A DNA stretch of 64,000 bases from Ostrea edulis. Its lineage: Eukaryota. Each line of letters opens with the position of its first letter. The stretch's first letter is position 1. A program made the position numbers and the translations under genes. This document shows, piece by piece, positions 27,422-38,637 of the stretch. Under the pieces are notes generated by a model. That model was not told where the DNA came from. It worked only from the letters and a program-made list of their open reading frames with translations, and ran no database searches. The stretch covers positions 89,156,001-89,220,000 of the forward strand of contig NC_079165.1 in NCBI RefSeq assembly GCF_947568905.1, read 5' to 3'.

Positions 27422-30400
27422 ATGGATGTTTTATTGATGCTGCTGTCCCTTGTGGGCGTGGCAGTTACTTTAGCAATTTGTGTAAGTACATACCACACTT
27501 TAAGGATTTGTTTTACAATTAACCTGTAGCTTATCAGATGTCATCATCTAATGCATGATGACATTAGAACCGAATCTTGCAACTGCAAGCGTAACATATG
27601 TAAGAGACTGTTGTCAGTTTACATACTTTCAACAACTCTATAGCATAGTCTTATCAGGCTGTGCGTATGGAACAATTTGAAATGGGCTAAATGTTTTAAT
27701 TGTGGCGGTCAGCCGGGTTCGATCGCCGGTGGCCAGTTAGCTCGGTAGAACGCCTGGATGGGGATTCGGGTTCGAATCCCGGTCTGGTCCGTTGCATTTT
27801 CTCCCTTCGTGTTACATTTGGTGCCGTATACCAGCCCCTGGAACTAACAGGTGAAAATGCCTGCTTGGGGATTTAAGATCCTGGGTTGATGTGATTATTG
27901 TCTTTTGGTGTGAAGACATTTAAGGAGGGAGGAATGTGGCGGTCAGCCAGGCTCGATCGTCGGTGGCCAGTTAGTTCAGTTGGTAGAGCACCTGGCTGGG
28001 GATTCGGGGGGGGGTTGAATCCCGGTCTGGCCCATTGCATTTTCTCCCTTCCTGTTACATAGTCAAACGCACTCTTAGTTAGAACATTTCGACGGGATGC
28101 TTACTCATCTTAGGCACAGGGTTTTGACACAATCTGAGCAAACTGGTATACATGTACATAGTGCTCACTATATATACCAGTTTGCTCAGATTGTGTCAAA
28201 ACCCTCTGATCCCATCTCTGGTTTGTCCAGGCCAGGGGTCCTTGTTTACCCTACTCTTAATTTTGTATCCTAAATATAGGAGCTATTAGATTGATCTCTG
28301 TTCGTTTTCGTCACCTTTTCATTATCTAGGTACTTTTTAAGAAATCAAATTAAAAGAAAAAAAGAAAGAAAACAACCAGGAGGAAGGGCTATCTAATTGA
28401 TGTACATATGGTGTGTACATTGTGAGATTGTGTTCAAATCAGTGATTTTCAAAACATTTTATGGAAAATACAAGCAATAGAACAATATGTAGTTATTGAT
28501 AAAGACATTTTAAAATATTTCAATTTAATTTATTACATAAAACTGTCAAGTGAGGTAATTATTTTATATTGATTGTTGAAACACTCTTCAAAAAATATTC
28601 TAGTCTGAGGCAAGAAAACATAGAAATGAAATTTAGATATAAGTATTTGAAATCAGTGTGCACATGTTCATGAGATCGATCTGTGTACTGGACGTGCAGA
28701 TTGTCTTTGGAAATTACTGGTGTGTGGGTACGTATTGCTTTTTGTATCACTTGCCCCCTCCCCAAATAGATTGATTGATTGGTTATCAGGGCTTGAAGGT
28801 AACTTTTTATATCACCAGTCCAGCCGGACTGATGGGGTATAATTTCAACCAGTCCACAGAAAAATTTACCAGTCCAACAGAGTTTTCCAGAAATAATTAA
28901 ACATATTTCATTAATGTTCTTGAAATGAAATTTAACTCAATATGCCTCAGAAAATATTGTAACACTAATGTGAGATTTATGTTTATTAATCGGGTTCGTC
29001 TAATAACAGAAGCATGCCAAATATGTGGATAAGATTTCATAAGTATATTTTCCAAAATGATGCTTTAAAAATTTAAACAGTTCTATCGGACCGACTAAAA
29101 CAAATGTTGGTCAGTCCGCCAGACTTTTAACCAGTCACAGACTGACAGGATATTGTTTAATGTCCCTCTTGAGAATATTTCACTCATATGGAGACGTCAC
29201 CACTGTTGGTGAAGGGCTGCAAAATTTAGGCCTATGCTCGGTGCTTGCGGTCTTTGAGCAGGGAGGGATCTTTATTGTGCCACACCTGCTGTGACACAGG
29301 ACCTCGGTTTTTGTGGTCTCATCCAAAGGACCGCCCCATATAGTCGCCTCTTACGACAAGCAAGGGGTACTGAGGACCTATTCTAACCCGGATCACCAAA
29401 GGACCCCCAAATAGAAGTGGTTTTCATACAGCATGAACTTAGGTAATGCTATTTGTCTAGCCCTAAAAAGTAATCCCATTTCATATTGCAGGCGTTAATT
29501 ATTGTGGCCATGTCAACGAAGCCATATCCAGATTTAGGAAGGTATGAGACTGAGAAATATTTTTTAAATGAGAAACACGAGAAGTGTCTGTTCCCATCAA
29601 TCAACGACCCAGCCAGTGTGGAGCTTTCGGTGATTGTACCAGCATACAACGAGGAGGAGAGATGTACGTATATTATATTGAAAACTTCATTCAGACTAAT
29701 TCATTAACATGATTAATGGATAAATTAGTAAATAGCCGATTTCTTTGTAGTACCAGTTATGATGGATGAAGCATTAGGATTTTTGGAGGATAGAAAGGTA
29801 TGTTTGTTATAGATCCAAAGATAATCATATCTTGGAAGTTAGTCAAACTTTGTCAAATTATCTTTTTGGTCCAAAGTGAAATTTGGGTACATTTGAATAT
29901 TGGTTTACAGTAATGTGAGAGAGTATGTCTTTCATTTTGTTATTAAGGTGTTTTTCTTTGTACTTAGAAAAAATCCAGATCCTTTAGTTATGAGGTGATT
30001 GTTGTCGATGATGGAAGCAAAGATAAAACTACACAAGTAAGTCACATTGTTTTATTCTGCTTGAATTTGATGGATTTATAATTTTTCAGATTTAAGTTCA
30101 TTTTTAGTTGTTTTCCCCCCTAAACAATAAAGATAAGTGTTTAGAACATTAAAAAGACTTTTGCATTTTTTGGAAAAAGAATTAAATTGATTTTCATATT
30201 TTCCAGACAGCACAAAGTTATTGCAATAAATATGGATCTGAAAAAGTGCGTGTGTTGACTCTAGCAAAGAATCGTGGGAAAGGTGGTGCCATAAGATTGG
30301 TCAGTAAACATTACTAAATCGCTGTTACACAGTAATTAATATACAGAAAGATCTTTCTTTGTTCAGATAGGACAGTGTAATGATATTTCCGTGTATGAAT

Positions 30401-33400
30401 GAATGTAACCAATGTCTCTGTGTCTTCCCAACAACTTCTCATAATTTTCACTCTGATTAAAATCAAACCTCTCACTCAATATACGGACATGCAGCGATTG
30501 TCTGTATATTGAGTGAAGTGAGAGGTTTGATTTTGATTAGACTGCATCATTTTATTTTATTTTGTTGATTGTTTTAAGTTTTGGCATTTCACAAGTGTAA
30601 TAATTTTTATCAGGGAATGTTTTCTGCTCGGGGACGATTCCTGTTGTTTGCAGATGCCGATGGTGCAAGTAAATTTAGTGACTTTACAAAGCTGGAGAGT
30701 GAAATGAAGAACGTAAATAAGAATAGTACTAACAGGGCAGTGGTGTGTGGTTCTCGGGCACACCTGGAGGAGGAGTCAATCGCACAGGTAAACACAGGAT
30801 AAATTCACTCAGTTACACAGGTAACACAGGTGATGTCAGTTACATAGGTAAACACAGGATGTCAATCCCACAGGTGAACACAGGATCCATGTCAATCACA
30901 CAGGTAACACAGGATACATGTCAATCACACAGGTAACACAGGATACATGTCAATCACACAGGTAACACAGGATACATGTCAATCACACAGGTAACACAGG
31001 ATACATGTCAATCACACAGGATACATGTCAATCACACAGGTAAACACAGGATACATGTCAATCACACAGGATCCATGTCAATCACACAGGTGAACACAGG
31101 ATACATGTCAATCACACAGGTAACACAGGATACATGTCAATCACACAGGTAACACAGGATACATGTCAATCACACAGGATACATGTCAATCACACAGGTA
31201 ACACAGGATACATGTCAATCACACAGGATACATGTCAATCACACAGGTAAACACAGGATACATGTCAATCACACAGGATACATGTCAATCACACAGGTAA
31301 CACAGGATACATGTCAATCACACAGGATACATGTCAATCACACAGGTAAACACAGGATACATGTCAATCACACAGGTAAACACAGGATACATGTCAATCA
31401 CACAGGATACATGTCAATCACACAGATAACACAGGATACATGTCAATCACACAGGATACATGTCAATCACACAGGATACATGTCAATCACACAGGTAACA
31501 CAGGATACATGTCAATCACACAGGATACATGTCAATCACACAGGTAAACACAGGATACATGTCAATCACACAGGTAAACACAGGATACATGTCAATCACA
31601 CAGGATACATGTCAATCACACAGATAACACAGGATACATGTCAATCACACAGGATACATGTCAATCACACAGGATACATGTCAATCACACAGGATACATG
31701 TCAATCACACAAATCACACAGGATACATGTCAATCACACAGATAACACAGGATACATGTCAATCACACAGGTAACACAGGATACATGTCAATCACACAGG
31801 ATACATGTCAATCACACAGATAACACAGGATACATGTCAATCACACAGGTAACACAGGATACATGTCAATCACACAGGTAACACAGGATACATGTCAATC
31901 ACACAGGATACATGTCAATCACACAGGATACATGTCAATCACACAGGTAACACAGGATACATGTCAATCACACAGGTAAACACAGGATACATGTCAATCA
32001 CACAGGATACATGTCAATCACACAGGATACATGTCAATCACACAGGTAACACAGGATACATGTCAATCACACAGGTAACACAGGATACATGTCAATCACA
32101 CAGGTAACACAGGATACATGTCAATCAAGGTAAGATGAAGTGTGGGTTCATCATAAGTCTTGCTAGATGCCTCGCCTCCTCATGGATTGTAATGTACATT
32201 TTCAATGTGGAGGATAATTGACAGAGAAAGACTAGATGAGGACTTTGAAATTGAAATTTGTAAATGACAGTCCTAAAATTTTGATAATCATTAGATGTGA
32301 GCAGTCTGGATATTCTTAAGGTGAAATACACTCTCACACAAATATATACACATACACACACATGAATATGCTATATAAATTCAGGAGTTGTCTTCCTTTA
32401 TGAAATGATGACTTGAAATTTGCATGAAGGAGTTACATTTCTTTATAAAGACAGTTGATCAAAATTAAAATTTTTAGTGCTTATATTTTATATTCTACAA
32501 TTACCCAAGGCTACATCTGGGAGACAGACCCAGGTCCTCCCCCCCCCCCCCCCTTAAGCTCATTATCCTAAACTCCTACTGCTTTTATTGAGGCCAAGCA
32601 CATCTGTTATTTGATGCACTAATAACTGTATGCAGAATGCCAATAAAAATTATGGATACAAAATATATGCTTGTGCAATTATCAATTGCTATCGTATATT
32701 AATACACAATATGACATAATAATTTATGCTTTTTGTTGTGTACAACGAAGTTTCAAATATTTCAGTGCAACCATAAATTTGCACTCTTGCTTCAGTGCCA
32801 AGGGTGCTCGAGTATAAAGCCCACTAGAATAAAAATACACACATTTAAATTAGTACATTTTATATGCAAAAATATTGGGGTTTTTTTTTTACAGCAGTTG
32901 ATTACAGTATCTATGACTGCGATTTTTATGGTTTGAATTTGCACTTTCTTTCCAGAGATCTATGTTTAGGACGTTCTTGATGAAAGGATTCCACTTTGTG
33001 GTGTGGTTTCTGTGTGTGCGAGGAATCAAGGATACACAATGTGGATTTAAACTCCTGACAAGAGAGGCAGCAATCCTTCTCTTCTCCAATCTACATGTAG
33101 AGAGATGGTAAGATTGATTTTAACTCCTAACAAGATAGACAGCAATATTTACATGTAGAGAGATGGTCAGATTGATTTTAACTTCTGACAAGAGAGGCGG
33201 TAATCCTCCTCTTCTCCAATCTACATCTTGAGAGATGGTAAGATTGATTTTAACTTCTGACAAGAGAGACGGCAATATTTACATCTAGAGAGATGGTCAG
33301 ATTGATTTTAACTCCTAACAAAATAGACAGCAATATTTACATCTAGAGAGATGGTAAGATTGATTTTAACTTCTGACAAGAGAGACGGCAATATTTACAT

Positions 33401-36400
33401 CTAGAGAGATGGTCAGATTGATTTTAACTTCTGACAAGAGAGGCGCAATCCTCCTCTTCTCCAATCTACATCTAGAGAGATGGTAAGATTGATTTTAACT
33501 TCTGACAAGAGAGACGGCAATATTTACATCTAGAGAGATGGTCAGATTGATTTTAACTTCTGACAAGAGAGACGTCAATATTTACATCTAGAGAGATGGT
33601 CAGATTGATTTTAACTTCTGACAAGAGAGACTGCAATATTTACATCTAGAGAGATGGTCAGATTGATTTTAACTCCTAACAAAATAGACAGCAATATTTA
33701 CATCTAGAGAGATGGTCAGATTGATTTTAACTCCTGACAAGAGAGGTGGCAATATTTACATCTAGAGAGATGTAAGATTGATTTTAACTTCTGACAAGAG
33801 AGGCAGCAAACCTTCTCTTCTCCAATCAACATTTAGAGAGATGGTAAGATTGGTTTTGATGATTTTGGTCTAGGGTGCAAGGATATTGAATCACAATACA
33901 AAGGTCTGGATTTTATATCTGCAATTTTTATTAATTAGAAAAAACTTAGCAAACAAGACAGGTAATGGAAAAGAAGCATACAAGTTACAAAGAAAATGTG
34001 TGCCAATGCAGAGCTACATGAATCATTATACATACACCCGAGTCTGTTGGTTTGATATGTTTGAAACTTTCCATCAGATAGAACAGACTGTAACTGGATA
34101 ATTGCCTGTGGTTCATCACGTAATTTATAACAGTGTGTTGTTTTTACAGGGCCTTTGATGTAGATAGGCTGTTCCTAGCTCAGTACTTTATAACCATGTG
34201 TTGTTTTTACAGGGCCTTTGATGTAGATATTCCCAGCTCAGTACTTTTAACCAATTGTTATTTTTACAGGGCTTTTAATGTAGATAGGCTGTTCCTAGCT
34301 CAGTACTTTATAACAGTGTGTTGTTTTTACAGGGCCTTTGATGTAGATAGGCTGTTCCTAGATCAGTACTTTATAACTGTGTGTTGTTTTTACAGGGCCT
34401 TTGATGTAGATAGGCTGTTCCTAGCTCAGTACTTTATAACAGTGTGTTATTTTTACAGGGCCTTTGATGTAGATAGGCTGTTCCTAGCTCAGTACTTTAT
34501 AACAGTGTGTTGTTTTTACAGGGCCTTTGATGTGGGTACCTGTAAAGTGCGAAACGAAACGAAACCCACCGAAATGAAACGAAGCAGATTGAACAACCGA
34601 ACTCTTTTAATTATAGTAATTAAAAATGGTATTTTAGGCCCCTGTGAAAGTTACCACATACAAATAAAATTTGCCTCCCTTTTGATGTAGGCTTTGGGCT
34701 TGACTGTTACAAAGTTTTAAAAATTGGAATGGGGGGGGGGGGGGGGTTGGGGGGTTGAGTAAGCAAAACGTACATATCCGAAGTTGATTAAATACCATGT
34801 ACAATTGGTTTCAGATCCATAAATTTCAGAACGGAGGGTTACAGTCTCACAGGTCAGAGGTCATAACGAGGGGTGGGGTCGCCGGCGCTGGATCCGCCTT
34901 TGGGCATAAATACATGTTTCAGTGTTTTTTGCTCTAAAGACAAATCTATGTATACATGTGGATATTGTGTATTTGTATGTAGTATATCAAACAGTGGATT
35001 CTGAGTATGTCCTCCCGTTCTCTTTGTAATTTATGCTTCCCTTGTTCATAAGCCTTTTGATTTTACAAAATAGCTGACTTCCTCCTGATATTATTGCATA
35101 AAACAATTTCCGTTTTCCGTCCCGTTTTCAATTTCACGTCTTAGCAACACCCCAAATGTATAGAGTTATCTTTAGACTCACTACATATCAATAATAATTT
35201 TTAATAATACATGTATATATATCTTACCGAATTGCATTCATATAATATGGTATACTATTTAATTTATTTCATTATTGAAAGTACTCGCACCTAAGCAGTT
35301 AGAGATAAAATGAGAGGTTAAGAGCTCTTCCTGCTTTCAACTTTCTCAGACACCAGCTTCTTCAAACAATGTATCTATACCCAAAGGCGGATCCAACGCC
35401 GGTGACCCCCACCCCCTCGTTTAGTGTGTTTCCCCAGACCTCTGAGACTGTAACCCTCCGTTCTGAAATTTACTGATCCGAAACTAATTTCACATGGTAT
35501 TTAATCAACTTCGGATATGTACTTTGTCCTTACTCACCCCCCCCCCCCTCCCCACTTCCAACTTTTAAAACTTTGTATCAGTCAAGCCCAAAGCCTACAT
35601 CAAAGGGGAGGCGAATTTTATTTATCTGTTGTAACTTTCACAGGGGCCTAAGATATCATTTTTAATTATTTTAATTTAAAAAGTTCAGTTATACAATCTG
35701 TTTCGTTTCGGTGGGTTTCATTTCGTTTTGGTAGATTTCGTTTCATTTCGGTAGATTTCGTTTCGTTTCGATCTTTACAGGTACCCCCTTTGATGTAGAT
35801 ATGCTGTTCCTTGCTCAGTACTTTAAAACTGTGTTGTTTTTACAGGGCCTTTGATGTAGATATTCCAGCTCAGTACTTTTTAACAGTGTGTTGTTTTTAC
35901 AGGGCCTTTGATGTAGATATGCTGTTCCTAGCTGAGTACTTTATAACTGTGTGTTGTTTTTACAGGGCCTTTGATGTAGATCTGCTGTTCACCTAGCTCA
36001 GTACTTTATAACAGTGTGTTGTTTTTACAGGGCCTTTGATGTAGATCTGCTGTTCACCTAGCTCAGTACTTTATAACAGTGTGTTGTTTTTACAGGCCTT
36101 TGATGTAGATCTGCTGTTCACCAAGCTCAGTACTTTATAACTGTGTGTTGTTTTTACAGGGCCTTTGATGTAGATATTCCCAGCTCAGTACTTTATAACA
36201 GTGTGTTGTTTTTACAGGACCTTTGATGTAGATATTCCCAGCTCAGTACTTTATAACAGTGTGTTGTTTTTACAGGGCCTTTGATGTAGATATTCCCAGC
36301 TCAGTACTTTATAACTGTGTGTTGTTTTTACAGGGCCTTTGATGTAGATATGCTGTTCCTAGCTCAGTACTTTATTACTGTGTGTTGTTTTTACAGGGCC

Positions 36401-36760
36401 TTTGATGTAGATATGCTGTTCCTAGCTCAGTACTTTAACATTCCAGTAGGAGAGGTAGCCATTACCTGGACAGAAATTGAAGGTCTGTAAACTGTTCATT
36501 ATATCTGTAATTTCTTTTGTCTGATTCCCAGTGTTTTGTCCGCAATACGCTGTATCAATGTATTTATATGCTACCATTGTTTCTATCTCCCCCATAATAC
36601 AAACAATCTATGCATATTTTATCAATTTCCATTTTTTATTTCAGGTTCAAAAATGGTTCCTGTTTTTTCCTGGATTCAGATGGGCAAGGACATTATTTTA
36701 ATACGACTGCGATATTTTCTAGGAGCATGGAAGATTAACCAGAAATCCAAAGTAGAATAA
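27422..36760 (+). CDS. ALG5: Dolichyl-phosphate beta-glucosyltransferase, 9 exons, 322 aa
   Basis: Exons: 27422-27481, 29492-29663, 29751-29797, 29968-30036, 30207-30299, 30614-30787, 32956-33107, 36397-36482, 36645-36760 (TAA); 969 nt. GT2 motifs: [66 protein letters not shown]. Confidence 0.97.
27701..28059 (+). mobile_element. TRIM with tRNA-like LTRs (Helenus-type)
   Basis: TGT..ACA LTRs at 27701-27816 and 27935-28059; PBS TGGTGCCGT; PPT TAAGGAGGGAGGAA; A/B-box-like motifs in LTRs; flanks TAAT/TAGT. Confidence 0.8.
28090..28322 (+). mobile_element. Retroelement 3' remnant homologous to 13110-13305, interrupted by a hairpin insertion
   Basis: Sequence correspondence with the 13.1 kb copy. 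Confidence 0.55.
28118..28205. mobile_element. 88-bp hairpin insertion with perfect 33-bp arms and a 22-nt loop
   Basis: AGGGTTTTGACACAATCTGAGCAAACTGGTATA and its exact reverse complement. Confidence 0.85.
28787..29150. mobile_element. Second, truncated copy of the CAGGGCTTGAA TIR family
   Basis: Colinear with 16956-17150 and 17995-18120. Confidence 0.75.
29150..29405. mobile_element. SINE-like interspersed repeat (homolog of 15213-15445)
   Basis: Shared sequence of about 230 bp. Confidence 0.65.
30788..32127. repeat. 20/29/30-bp satellite in ALG5 intron 6, derived from the exon 6 end plus donor
   Basis: Unit GTCAATCACACAG-GTAA(A)CACAG-GATACAT versus the true junction GTCAATCGCACAG|GTAAACACAGGATA. 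Confidence 0.95.
33108..33852. repeat. 58/72-bp tandem array (about 12 copies) of the ALG5 exon 7 end plus donor
   Basis: The long unit reproduces about 60 nt of the exon (CTCCTGACAAGAGAGGCAGCAATCC...GAGAGATG) plus GTAAGATTGATT. Confidence 0.95.
34128..36435. repeat. 58-66-bp tandem array (about 17 copies) of the ALG5 intron 7 acceptor plus exon 8 start
   Basis: Unit TGTGTTGTTTTTACAG|GGCCTTTGATGTAGAT...CTCAGTACTTT; the last unit is the real exon. Confidence 0.95.
34534..35786. mobile_element. Non-autonomous Mutator-like (MULE) foldback element
   Basis: About 390-bp imperfect TIRs starting GGGTACCTGTAAAG / CTTTACAGGTACCC; 10-bp TSD CCTTTGATGT at 34524-34533 and 35787-35796. Confidence 0.85.
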
Positions 36761-37315
36761 AAGATTTTAAAGTTTAGGTTGAAGACATTTTGTATGAATG
36801 AGCTTTCATCTAATCATTTATCATCATTATTGCTGCATATTTTTTACTATTGTACAATATTGCAAATAAATGTTCAAATAGTTTTATAGTTGTTGGGAAG
36901 GCATACACTTTGACACAGCAATATATACATAATCTTACAATAATTTCTGGATATTTATGTGTTTGAAAGTTTTTCCAGATCATCCGAGGCTGTGCTGACC
37001 TAATTAATTTCAAATTACATGAACATGTAGCAATGGAGGAGTGTGTGATCATGGAGCTTAGTTTCTGGAGAGGGTGAAAAAACAATGCTGACGTGTTGTA
37101 ATTCTTGTAGAGATCCTAGAAACCAGTATAGTGACAATATGTAACCAGGATATGTAAATTCTAGAGAATTTTAAGTCATTCAAAAGCCATTGCAAGCACA
37201 TTGAACAAAAGTTGAGGTTTAAGCTTGATGTACTGTCTACATGAATAATGATTGTTTCTTTGGCAACAAATGGTCTATTTTCTATGCATGCATTGGGGAC
37301 TTTAAGGGAGATAAT

Positions 37316-37692
37316 TGTAGTAATTAGGGCTATACAGACCATGGATATCGGCCTGGATAGCTCAGTGGTTAGAGCACCTGACTAGTAATGCAGGGGTCAC
37401 GGGTTCGATTCCCGGTCCAGTCAAAGATTTTCTCCTCTCCTATACTACATTTGGTGCCGTTGACCACCCCTGGTGGTGCAGGTTGGCCTGCCAGGGGCGA
37501 AATGAACCTGGGTTGATCTTGAAAGACAATTATAATTGATCTTAAGGAGGGAGGAATGTAGTAATTAGAGCTATACGGACTGTGGATATCGGCCTGGATA
37601 GCTCAGTGGTTAGAGCACCTGACTAGTAATGCAGGGGTCCCGGATTCGATTCCCGGTCCAGTCAAAGATTTTCTCCTCTCTCTTATACTACA
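37316..37692 (+). mobile_element. TRIM with tRNA-Thr(AGT)-like LTRs (Helenus-type)
   Basis: LTRs at 37316-37449 and 37557-37692 (TGT..ACA); PBS TGGTGCCGT; PPT TAAGGAGGGAGGAA; perfect 4-bp TSD TAAT. Confidence 0.9.
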
Positions 37693-37823
37693 TAATTATC
37701 TTTTAGGATTTGTGCAACTGCAAATTGAGAGTCGGTATTTTCATAGAGTGGAAATAATTATTTATAGAACAAGCAAATTTAGTGGTTCCATGCTTCAAAT
37801 TTGTGCATTTAAAAAATCAAATA

Positions 37824-37993
37824 GATCATGATTAATACGATGCTATCGCTGTTTAAACGGGCCTAACACCGACAAATGAAACACTTGAATTAAGTCGCCG
37901 CCACGCCATTCGAATTCTTTGCGCAAGACGTCAGCACATAAACACACAAAATTACAACGTTTAAACGGCAATAGCATCGTATTAATCATGATC
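37824..37993. mobile_element. 170-bp MITE, about 36-bp TIRs, TA-flanked
   Basis: GATCATGATTAATACGATGCTATCGCTGTTTAAACG versus the reverse complement of the right end (2 mismatches). Confidence 0.75.
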
Positions 37994-38114
37994 TATGTGT
38001 AGAATAATCTTCCGATAACTGAATCCTCGCGTCATGGAAGATAGATCCGCGAAATAAAGTTGTAAGAGGTAAGTAAAGCAGCTGGTGTCGGTGAATTTCC
38101 ACTTCAATATTGAG

Positions 38115-38145
<31 letters not shown>

Positions 38146-38637
38146 AGTGCATATGTCGTGCAAGATATCGAGGCCAACTCACTTACAAGGATAATTACTT
38201 ACGGTAAAAGTGTTTGTTGGAATGTAGTAAATATCAGTATTTTTGTATTTAAAAACCTTTCGTTTCTTGTAATTACATTGAATTCAACCTTAGAGTGCAT
38301 ATACTGATGAAAGAAAATAAAAAGGATATTTTCTCAGAAATTCGCAATATCACTCCTGTAGCTGAAATATGAACCTAAATGAAAAGCAGTTTTGTTCATG
38401 TTTTTTCTTCTTCAATATTTGCTGCTCAGATGAGAGGTTACTCTTCAATACAAATTTTTCACTAGTTGTTATCAGTTCAATACAAACGCAATAACATTGA
38501 AATATATTTAATAACTAGTAAGAATTAAGAACACTTCTGCTTCAATGAAATAACAAATCAACATGTGTAAAATGCAATGTAAAAGATTAGTAGTATCTCT
38601 GTAAAACAAAGCGTAATACCGTAAAAATAATCGTTTC

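Noticed and set aside
31183-32107. 232-aa and 71-aa repetitive ORFs
   Set aside because: Translations of the ALG5 intron 6 satellite, separated from exon 6 by an in-frame stop.
30788-32127. CAG|GT units as recursive splice sites
   Set aside because: No polypyrimidine tract, and the intron is only about 2.2 kb.
18104-36435. Tandem arrays as CRISPR arrays
   Set aside because: No unique spacers, no cas genes, and a eukaryotic intronic context.
37350-37665. Two tRNA-Thr(AGT) genes
   Set aside because: They lie inside the LTRs of a TRIM and have imperfect stems; treated as tRNA-derived sequence.
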